Shown piece by piece: positions 15,980 to 22,570 of a stretch of 35,099 nt of DNA; within the stretch, counting starts at the first letter, position 1, and each line of letters begins with the position of its first letter. The position numbers were made by a program, and so were the translations under genes. The notes under the pieces were generated by a model that saw nothing but the letters and a program-made list of their open reading frames with translations, did not search any database and was not told where the DNA came from. Origin of the DNA: a virus; IMG/VR virus record IMGVR_UViG_3300035492_000181; one strand, given 5' to 3'.

Positions 15980-16369
15980 ATGAAAACGAGCGAAAAGCTT
16001 CGAGACCTCGACCTGCTGTTCACCTTCGAGGATCTGGCCAAGGAGAAGGGCTGGCCGGTCGAGCGCAACGACCAGGACAACGCATTTGCTGATGCCCTGA
16101 CCGAGCGCGCATGGGAGGCATTCGAGGCCGCGCATGGCCCGCACGGCCGCAAGGAAGGCCAGCAGCTCTACGCCGAGATCAAGAAGTCCAGCAAGTACGC
16201 CCACCAGGCCGAGTGGTGCCGCACCCAGGGCTACGGCTACCCGTTCAAGGTGCGCATCGTGTTCGACACGGACGGCTACTCGGTGAAAGGAGGCGTCGGC
16301 GGGCAGTACCGCCTGGAGGACGTGAATCTGTACGTCCTCCAGGACGGCAAGAAGATCCGCGTTCGGTAA
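15980..16369 (+). CDS. Hypothetical early protein (129 aa)
   Basis: GAGGAGCAGCACC-ATG context. ORF in the sense direction of the early operon. Confidence 0.55.
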   Translation: MKTSEKLRDLDLLFTFEDLAKEKGWPVERNDQDNAFADALTERAWEAFEAAHGPHGRKEGQQLYAEIKKSSKYAHQAEWCRTQGYGYPFKVRIVFDTDGYSVKGGVGGQYRLEDVNLYVLQDGKKIRVR

Positions 16370-16391
16370 CCCACCCCCCCAGAAACAAGAA

Positions 16392-16447
16392 GGCCCCGGT
16401 GAGCGGCAACTCACCAGGGCCAGACCAACCCAAGGAGAAGCACCATG
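16392..16447 (+). promoter_or_regulatory. Intergenic hairpin (CGGCAA loop) plus conserved RBS cassette, copy 3
   Basis: GGCCCCGGTGAG-CGGCAA-CTCACCAGGGCC (one mismatch) followed by AGACCAACCCAAGGAGAAGCACCATG. Confidence 0.6.
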
Positions 16448-16900
16448 CAAGCACAAACCCCCGAAGTCAGCGCCGAGCAGGCTAACACACCGGTGATTAC
16501 TAGCGCCGTGCAGCTGGCCCAGTTGCTGGAGAACGTGAGAGGCCTACACGACATGAGCGCAGAGCTAATCGCTGCTGACGTGTTCAGCCAATTGGGTGCA
16601 GGCCATCACGGCCTGACCATGGCCGCAGCCGACGTGCTGGCCGAACGCCGCCGCCAGCTCGAAGTAGAAGGCATGAGCACAGCTGGAGACGACAACTACC
16701 GCGCTGCTGAACTGCCGCGAGCGGCTGCTTCCTACGTCCTGAGCGGTGCCAACGACGAAGCACCCGCCATCTGGCCCTGGGCGAGGTCGTGGTGGAAGCC
16801 ACGCGACTGCAGGGCGAACTACGTCCGTGCCGGCGCACTGATCCTTGCCGAGATAGAGCGTTTGGACCGGGCTTCCCAAGCCGAAGGCGGTGCCCAATGA
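16445..16900 (+). CDS. Hypothetical early protein (151 aa)
   Basis: Conserved RBS cassette. Ends ...EGGAQ with an ATGA overlap to the next gene. Confidence 0.55.
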   Translation: MQAQTPEVSAEQANTPVITSAVQLAQLLENVRGLHDMSAELIAADVFSQLGAGHHGLTMAAADVLAERRRQLEVEGMSTAGDDNYRAAELPRAAASYVLSGANDEAPAIWPWARSWWKPRDCRANYVRAGALILAEIERLDRASQAEGGAQ

Positions 16901-17172
16901 CCTGCGCAGGAGCCAAGTTGCGGCAGCGGTACCAGGAGCGCATGCAGCGGGTCGCCATCGGCGCTCAGCTAGAGCGGAAGGGCCGCGTGTGGCTGGTCAT
17001 GAAGCAGCAGCGCACCGAAACCGGCGTCGTGCTCCAGCTGCGCCATGGGCGCCACGACTTCCGCCTTTATGTCCCGGTGACTCTGGACGGCCCAGAGCTG
17101 TGGCACGCCGAGTTCCGCTCGGCAGCACTGCCGCCAACTCAGCGCGAGATGTTCGCCGGAGGTGCCCAATGA
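16897..17172 (+). CDS. Hypothetical early protein (91 aa)
   Basis: ATGA-coupled at both ends. The internal ATG at 16897 was chosen over the listed 16789 start. Confidence 0.45.
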   Translation: MTCAGAKLRQRYQERMQRVAIGAQLERKGRVWLVMKQQRTETGVVLQLRHGRHDFRLYVPVTLDGPELWHAEFRSAALPPTQREMFAGGAQ

Positions 17173-17372
17173 ACAATCGCATCCGCCCGACCATGGCCAG
17201 CCATCGCCTCGACCTGCCCAGCATCTGCGATATCTGCGGCAAGGCCCGCTCCACCCGCAAGCACGCCGCCTGCAGCCGCACCCGCCAGCAACTCAAGCAG
17301 GAAGAGTGGGCCAGCTACATGGGGAACCTCACCGCCAAGAAAGCCCAGGGAGGCCGCCGTTATGCCCGTTGA
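17169..17372 (+). CDS. Hypothetical small protein with a CxxC...HxxC motif (67 aa)
   Basis: GGAGGT lies 7 nt before ATG 17169. ICDICGKARSTRKHAAC suggests a small zinc-binding element. Confidence 0.45.
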   Translation: MNNRIRPTMASHRLDLPSICDICGKARSTRKHAACSRTRQQLKQEEWASYMGNLTAKKAQGGRRYAR

Positions 17373-17607
17373 AATCCGCACCCGTTTCACCACCGGCACC
17401 TACGTGGCCACCGTGCGCGGCGACAAGCGCACCGCCAGCAACACCATGGGCGCCCGCTGGGCTGCTGAGGCTCTCGCTCGCAAGTTGGGCCTCGATCCAA
17501 CCAAGCTCCGCGAGACCCAGCGCGATCTGCTGCGCAACGGGGTGGAGCTGTTTGTTCATCCCGGAAACCCGGTAAAGAAGGAGGAAAGCAATGTCCCTGC
17601 CGTATGA
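17362..17607 (+). CDS. Hypothetical early protein (81 aa)
   Basis: ORF overlaps the upstream gene by 11 nt, in the sense direction. Confidence 0.45.
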   Translation: MPVEIRTRFTTGTYVATVRGDKRTASNTMGARWAAEALARKLGLDPTKLRETQRDLLRNGVELFVHPGNPVKKEESNVPAV

Positions 17608-18025
17608 GAACTCCACCTCCGGAGACAAGGCCTTCGCCGAGATTCAGAAAATTCTGAGCCGCTTTGGCTGCGACAACTACGGAATCATGCAGAAGGCGAA
17701 GGACCAGGTGACGCTGGTTCAGTTCGACTGGAACGGTCGGACGGTTTCGCTACCGGGCCACTGGGGGGGATATGCGACTGCCTGGCTTCGGGAGCATCCG
17801 TATAGCAGCCGCATGCGATGCACCGAGGCGGAGTACCGCCAGCGGGCGATGGACGTGGCTCAGATCGCTGTATGCAGCATGTTGCGTGACTGGGTGAAGG
17901 CCCAGGTCACCGCTGTGGAGTGCCAGCTGATGTCGTTCGAAGAGGTATTCATGCCGCACATGTTGCTGCCGAGCGGGCAACGCATGGTCGACGCCGCCAG
18001 AAAGTTGCTAGAGCAGCAGCCGTGA
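17591..18025 (+). CDS. Hypothetical early protein (144 aa)
   Basis: GGAGGAAAG RBS before ATG 17591. Somewhat lower GC than its neighbours. Confidence 0.55.
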   Translation: MSLPYENSTSGDKAFAEIQKILSRFGCDNYGIMQKAKDQVTLVQFDWNGRTVSLPGHWGGYATAWLREHPYSSRMRCTEAEYRQRAMDVAQIAVCSMLRDWVKAQVTAVECQLMSFEEVFMPHMLLPSGQRMVDAARKLLEQQP

Positions 18026-18228
18026 GGGCCGGTACCGATTCACGGCAGCTACTCGAATGCGAGGCCAGAACCTGGCTTCGCAAGGGCTACACCACGACAG
18101 AGCGCATCAGCGACCTCACCGCGCTGATCGCCAAACATCGAGGCACCGCCGGCGCAGCAAAGCTGATCGAGGAGATGCGCCGGCAGTGGGCTTGCCGTAG
18201 CGAGTGGCTGGGAGGGCAACATGGCTAA
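18022..18228 (+). CDS. Hypothetical small protein (68 aa, GTG start inferred)
   Basis: GTGA overlap with the upstream stop. The frame is open to 18228. Confidence 0.35.
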   Translation: MRAGTDSRQLLECEARTWLRKGYTTTERISDLTALIAKHRGTAGAAKLIEEMRRQWACRSEWLGGQHG

Positions 18229-18306
18229 CGGACCGAGGCGAGAAGGCCGGAGTCGCAATTCTCGGCGATGGCCACCGGCCAGCAGCAGTAAACTGGAGGC
18301 CCGCCC

Positions 18307-18516
18307 ATGAGCGAAGCCTCCAGTGTGTTGACCTTCGACGACCTCAAGCGCATCACCGGCTACGCCCGCCGGGCCGACGTGGAGCGGGCCCTGCACGAGC
18401 AGGGCATCCGTCTGTTCCGAGGCCGCACCGGACCGTGGACCACGGTGGATCTGATCAACCAGGCCGGCGGGCTGAAAGCCAGGAACCAGGAGCAGTACGG
18501 CGTCGATATCCTATGA
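18307..18516 (+). CDS. Excisionase-like / DUF4224-like small DNA-binding protein
   Basis: 69 aa. GGAGG RBS, ATGA overlap with the integrase start, and LTFDDLKRITGYARRADVERALHEQGI is HTH-like. Confidence 0.5.
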   Translation: MSEASSVLTFDDLKRITGYARRADVERALHEQGIRLFRGRTGPWTTVDLINQAGGLKARNQEQYGVDIL

Positions 18517-19655
18517 GGCGAGCAAGGAAGCACAACCCCCACATCCCACCGCACATTGACCAGGCCGCTATCCCAGCGGCCGTTTTCTTTGATCATCGCG
18601 GCAAAGGCAGCTGGTACACCCTGCACCGTGACGAAGCCGGCCGGCAGCGCCGGCAGAACATCGCCAACAGCTCAGCCACGCTTGGCGAGCTGCACCGAAT
18701 CATGGAGGTGCGCAACGGCGTGGACCGGGAGAGCCTCAACTTCCTGTGCCGCGAGTACCACGACAGCGCCAAGTTCAAGCGGCTGGCTCCGAAGACCCAG
18801 GAGAGCTACAGCTGGTCGCGCGACGTCCTGGTCAACATTCCCACCAAGCTCGGCAAGCCCCTCGGCGAGCTGGCCGTGCGCAAGTTCACCCCTGCACTGA
18901 TTCAGCGGCTCATCGATCGGATCGCCGACGAGGGTACGCCGTCCAAGGCTGCCCACGCGCTGCGGTACCTGCGGCTGGTGATGCAGTGGGGCCGCAACCG
19001 CGGCTATCTGGACAGCAACCCGGCGATGGGCATCGAGGCGCCGGTTGAGCGCAAGCAGCGCCGCCTGCCGTCGCTCGACGTGATGCAACGCCTGATCGAC
19101 CGTGCCCGCGAGCTGGGCCAGCTGAAACGCGGGCAGAAGGATGCGGTACCGCCGCACCTGAGCTACGTCATGGAGCTGGCCTACCTCTGCCGGCTGCGCG
19201 GCATCGAGGTCGTCACCCTCACCGACGCCAACGAGCTGCCCGAGGGCATCCTCACCAACCGGCGCAAGGGCAGCCGCGACAACGTGGTCACCTGGACGCC
19301 GCGGCTGCGCGCCGCCTGGGATGCCGCGAAGGCGCGACGCGCCCAGGTGTGGAAAGCCCGGGGCACAGCGGTGCCAGTCCTCCCGGAGAAGCGCTTCATC
19401 ATAACCGCCGACCACGGCGGGCCGCTGGGCAAGTCCGGCCTGGACACCGCCTGGAACCGCTTCATGCGTAACGCGATCGCGGCCGGCGTCATCACGGCGG
19501 AGCAGCGCTTCGGCCTGCACGACCTCAAACGCCGCGGCATCACCGACACCCCTGGTACCCGGGCCGACAAGCAGGAAGCCAGCGGCCACCGCGACGAGTC
19601 CATGCTCGACATCTACGACCTGAGCGTCCCGAAGGTCGCCCCCTCCGCTCTCTGA
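18513..19655 (+). CDS. int: Tyrosine integrase
   Basis: 380 aa. Catalytic motifs LCRLRGIE, HDLKRRGITD and GHRDESMLDIYD (R..H-x-x-R..Y). Adjacent to attP. Confidence 0.9.
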   Translation: MRRARKHNPHIPPHIDQAAIPAAVFFDHRGKGSWYTLHRDEAGRQRRQNIANSSATLGELHRIMEVRNGVDRESLNFLCREYHDSAKFKRLAPKTQESYSWSRDVLVNIPTKLGKPLGELAVRKFTPALIQRLIDRIADEGTPSKAAHALRYLRLVMQWGRNRGYLDSNPAMGIEAPVERKQRRLPSLDVMQRLIDRARELGQLKRGQKDAVPPHLSYVMELAYLCRLRGIEVVTLTDANELPEGILTNRRKGSRDNVVTWTPRLRAAWDAAKARRAQVWKARGTAVPVLPEKRFIITADHGGPLGKSGLDTAWNRFMRNAIAAGVITAEQRFGLHDLKRRGITDTPGTRADKQEASGHRDESMLDIYDLSVPKVAPSAL

Positions 19656-19670
19656 TCCCACCGAAACCTG

Positions 19671-19890
19671 CGTAACAAGCGCGCCGGGCTCCGCAAGGAA
19701 TCCGGCCGCTAGCGCTGCGCTTACGTAACAAGCCCGCACCTAAGTGCCTGACCAGCAACCCGAAAAGGGTTTTCTTGTAATCAGTAGGTCCCGGGTTCGA
19801 CTCCTGGTGCCGGCACCACGAATACCAAGGCTTCCAGCCCTATAAAGGCTGATGCCGACGCAGGCTAGCGTAACAAGCCACGTAACAAGC
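19671..19890 (+). repeat. Four direct copies of CGTAACAAGC flanking the att core (candidate integrase arm-type sites)
   Basis: Exact 10-mers at 19671, 19724, 19869 and 19881, two on each side of the tRNA-like core. Degenerate copies at 19974 and 20051. Confidence 0.5.
19774..19818 (+). other. attP core: 3' 45 nt of a tRNA-Thr(UGU) gene (fragment, not a functional tRNA)
   Basis: CTTGTAA anticodon loop (anticodon TGT), TCAGT, AGGTC variable loop, CCGGG-TTCGACT-CCTGG T-arm, TGCCGGC-A-CCA. The upstream bases cannot pair to complete the anticodon or acceptor stems. Confidence 0.75.
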
Positions 19891-19960
19891 AGAACCGTCG
19901 CGTACATGCGCACGCGCCCCACACGTGAGGCTGTTTTCTCAGGTAGTGGGGGGTCTGCAA

Positions 19961-20241
19961 AAAGAGTAATTTCCGTAACATCGACCGGGAAACGGGCGCA
20001 AAGCCCTGATCTGCAAGGCTTTTCCGGCGATGGCAAAAGGTAACTTCCAAGTAACATAAAGGTAATCTGGTTACTCTTTTATAGGGTGATATCGGGCCTC
20101 AAAAAAAGCCTTCAAAATCAGCACCTTAGAAAAAATTACCTTTTTGATTACCTCTAAGTTACCTCCCTTTGTAATCTCAGAAGCCCCGAATGACGCGGCC
20201 TCCAGGGTCGGTCCACAGCCAGATTGCAGAAATTACTCTTT
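19961..20241. repeat. 13-bp perfect inverted repeat bracketing an AT-rich block with phased TTACCT/AGGTAA repeats
   Basis: AAAGAGTAATTTC at 19961-19973 and GAAATTACTCTTT at 20229-20241. TTACCT at 20136, 20148 and 20159. AGGTAA at 20038 and 20060. Confidence 0.6.
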
Positions 20242-20418
20242 CTGAAAATCGCCCCCCATAAGCCCATAGCCCGGACACAGCATGGGAGCGTCCAGAACCG
20301 CTCTTCCTGCAGGGAAACGCAGGGTTTTGCTCTACCTCATACCCATCCACCAACCCACTGCCTGAGCCGCGTAGAGCTGTCCGCAGGCGCGCAGAAAAAA
20401 CGACACATTTAGCCCGGG

Positions 20419-20439
20419 GGCGTGGCGGGGGGACGAGCG
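20419..20439. other. Candidate cos cohesive-end site
   Basis: GGCGTGGCGGGGGGACGAGCG begins like the P2/186 cohesive ends as I recall them (GGCG[A/T]GGCGGGGAAAGCA). It lies between attP and the portal gene, as in phiCTX. Confidence 0.5.
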
Positions 20440-20530
20440 CGCGCGCCGGGTGCTGCCCGGGGTGGGCTGGACGCTAGTGGCCCACGGCCAGTAGGCTTCG
20501 CCCAACCCATGACCAAGGAGTTGGAAAGGA

Positions 20531-21460
20531 ATGAATCAGCTATTCAAGGTGCTTAGCTGGATCGGTGGCATCGTCCTGGTGCTTTTCGGTCTGCTGTTGG
20601 TGATCGAGATGCCGGTGGCGGCTCTATTATTTGTCGCTGGCGGACTGTTCTTGCTTCCGCCCATTCGCAGCTACGCCTACCGGGTCACCAATAAGGCGCT
20701 AAGCCTTAAGTCCCGCGCCATCACTGTGACGGCCCTGATCTTTGCTGCCTTCATGGCTATTGGGGTCGGTGCGCAGAACGATGCAGAGGCCAAGAAAATC
20801 GAGGAGGCCAAGCAGCTTGCTGCGGCCCAGGCCGAAGAACGGCAGAAGAAAGCCGAGGAGTTCGCGGCCAACCGTGAGTCCATCCTTGGCAAGGCCACAG
20901 CCAGCCTGTCGGCCGGCAATTTCAGCGAAGTCACCAGCCAGTTGACCCAGTACGCCAACGTCCAAGACGCGGACCTGCAGAAGGCCCTGGCCTCAGCCAG
21001 GGCCGGCATTGAATTGCAGAAGAGAAAAGCACAAGAGGCCACCCTCCTCGAGGAGGTCGCCAAGACCGTCGACCAAGCCAAGCTGGCCGAAATTTACGGC
21101 AAACTCGCCACCCTCTTCCCGGACAACAAGAAGTACACCGAACAGCAAAACAGCTATGCCAAGGCAGTCCAGGAAGAAAAGGAAAAGGCGGCAGCAGCGG
21201 AGGCTCGCAAGAAGTTGATCGAGAGCCAGTTCAGCGCCTGGGATGGTTCACACAGAACCTTGGAACGGGCCATCAAGAAGTCAATGAACGATCCGGACAG
21301 CTATGAGCACGACGAGACCAGCTACTGGGATCGAGGCGACCATCTGGTGGTGTTGACCCATTTCCGAGGCCGCAACGCCTTCGGGGGCATGGTGAGAAAC
21401 TCCGTCAAGGCCAAGGTCGACCTCAACGGCAACATTCTAGAAGTGATCGATCAGAACTGA
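20531..21460 (+). CDS. Moron: membrane-anchored coiled-coil protein with a small C-terminal globular domain
   Basis: Three N-terminal hydrophobic helices, about 150 aa of A/K/E/Q-rich region, and a C-terminal FSAWDGSHRTLERAIKKSMNDPDSYEH...RGRNAFGGMV domain. It has its own terminator and lower GC than the backbone. Confidence 0.7.
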   Translation: MNQLFKVLSWIGGIVLVLFGLLLVIEMPVAALLFVAGGLFLLPPIRSYAYRVTNKALSLKSRAITVTALIFAAFMAIGVGAQNDAEAKKIEEAKQLAAAQAEERQKKAEEFAANRESILGKATASLSAGNFSEVTSQLTQYANVQDADLQKALASARAGIELQKRKAQEATLLEEVAKTVDQAKLAEIYGKLATLFPDNKKYTEQQNSYAKAVQEEKEKAAAAEARKKLIESQFSAWDGSHRTLERAIKKSMNDPDSYEHDETSYWDRGDHLVVLTHFRGRNAFGGMVRNSVKAKVDLNGNILEVIDQN

Positions 21461-21470
21461 GCAAGCACCG

Positions 21471-21495
21471 AAAAGCCGCCTGCGGGCGGCTTTTT
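21471..21495. terminator. Bidirectional intrinsic terminator between the moron and the portal gene
   Basis: AAAAGCCGCC-TGCG-GGCGGCTTTTT, with an A-run and a T-run flanking a 7-bp GC stem. Confidence 0.8.
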
Positions 21496-21511
21496 CGATG
21501 GTGCTGATGGA

Positions 21512-22570
21512 CTAGCTGCTGGTCGACGGTAAATCGTAAGGATTGAACCGCACCACCTCCTCCCCCAGCCAGTCGTTGATCTGCCGCAGCCGGGCCTGCT
21601 CCGGCTCCAGCTCGTTGACGGCCCACACCTGCGACGCCTCCCGGATCGACCCGAAGCCCCCCGCGTTCTGCGGTACCACGCCCATGAGCTGAGGCGGGAT
21701 GCGCAGCATCGCCAGCTGGTCGTCGCGGCTGATGTTCTTGATCGCACCGAAGTCATCCTTCGCCGCCACCTCGCTGATGGGGATCAGCTGCAACCCGTCT
21801 TTCTTGCCGTTCGGCGCGTACATGAACAGGTTGCGGAAGTTGCCAGGGCCCTTGCTGTTCTTCATCGCGTTACGTAGGTCGGTGACGAAGTCCTCGTTCT
21901 GCGCCGCGTCGGTCATGTACAGGATGAAGCCGGCATGGCTGCCGTTCTGGTAGTACTTGCGCCGGAACAGCGTGGCGCTCTCGTTGAGCAGCGCGCTCTG
22001 CAGCGCCGGCAGCCACTCCGGCAGCCCGTAGATCTCCTGGTTGATATCCGCCACCCGCAAATGGCAGATGCTGCCGGTCTTGAACTCGTGCTCGTCCTTC
22101 CAGCCGCGCACCTGGTAGTAGGTCGCAAGGTCGGTACCGCGCCGCATGTACTTCGCCAGGCAGGGCTGCAGGCCGATCGCCTGGCGAAGCATGTTGTCGC
22201 GCTTCTCCAGGTACAGGTTGCCCGACCAGCCCCAGTCCATGACGATCTGCTCGAAGGCCGCCCGGCTGAGCAGCCGGTGCGGGATAAAGGTGCGGGCCAG
22301 CGCGTTGCGCTTGAAGATCAGGCCCGACTGTAGATAGACGCTCGCCTTCGACGACTTCGCCAGCCCGTCCAGCGAGACCGGCGGCTCGTACCAGCGGCCA
22401 TTGGCCCAGCATTCCAGGTAGTCCAGGATCTCGCGGCCATCGAGCACTGGCATCGGATCGCCAAAGGTGAAGGCCATCGACTGACCGCCCTCACCATTGG
22501 CCAGCACCTCGCCCTCGCGCACCTGGTCAGTGGTGGCCACCTGCTGGTTACGGTTGCGACGTTTGCTCAT
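21512..22570 (-). CDS. Q: Portal protein
   Basis: The internal ATG at 22570 overlaps the terminase stop (TGATG). 352 aa, P2 gpQ-like in size and position. Confidence 0.9.
   Translation of the reverse strand: MSKRRNRNQQVATTDQVREGEVLANGEGGQSMAFTFGDPMPVLDGREILDYLECWANGRWYEPPVSLDGLAKSSKASVYLQSGLIFKRNALARTFIPHRLLSRAAFEQIVMDWGWSGNLYLEKRDNMLRQAIGLQPCLAKYMRRGTDLATYYQVRGWKDEHEFKTGSICHLRVADINQEIYGLPEWLPALQSALLNESATLFRRKYYQNGSHAGFILYMTDAAQNEDFVTDLRNAMKNSKGPGNFRNLFMYAPNGKKDGLQLIPISEVAAKDDFGAIKNISRDDQLAMLRIPPQLMGVVPQNAGGFGSIREASQVWAVNELEPEQARLRQINDWLGEEVVRFNPYDLPSTSS

Noticed and set aside
19774-19818. A functional tRNA-Thr gene
   Set aside because: Only the segment from the anticodon loop to CCA is present. 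The upstream sequence cannot form the anticodon stem, D-arm or acceptor stem. It is the attP core copy.
19740-20057. 105-aa minus-strand ORF across attP and the AT-rich region
   Set aside because: It runs through the tRNA-derived att core and the arm-type repeats. It has no RBS and a composition unlike a real protein. The region is better explained as attP.
19671-20241. CRISPR-like array, because of the many short repeats
   Set aside because: The repeats are only 6-13 bp, irregularly spaced and in mixed orientation, and no cas genes are present. They fit recombinase or terminase binding sites better.
20531-21460. A homologue of the phiCTX cytotoxin (ctx), because it occupies the same locus
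   Set aside because: The architecture (three N-terminal TM helices plus a long coiled coil) does not suggest a secreted pore-forming toxin precursor, and I have no sequence-level evidence. Only positional equivalence is claimed.
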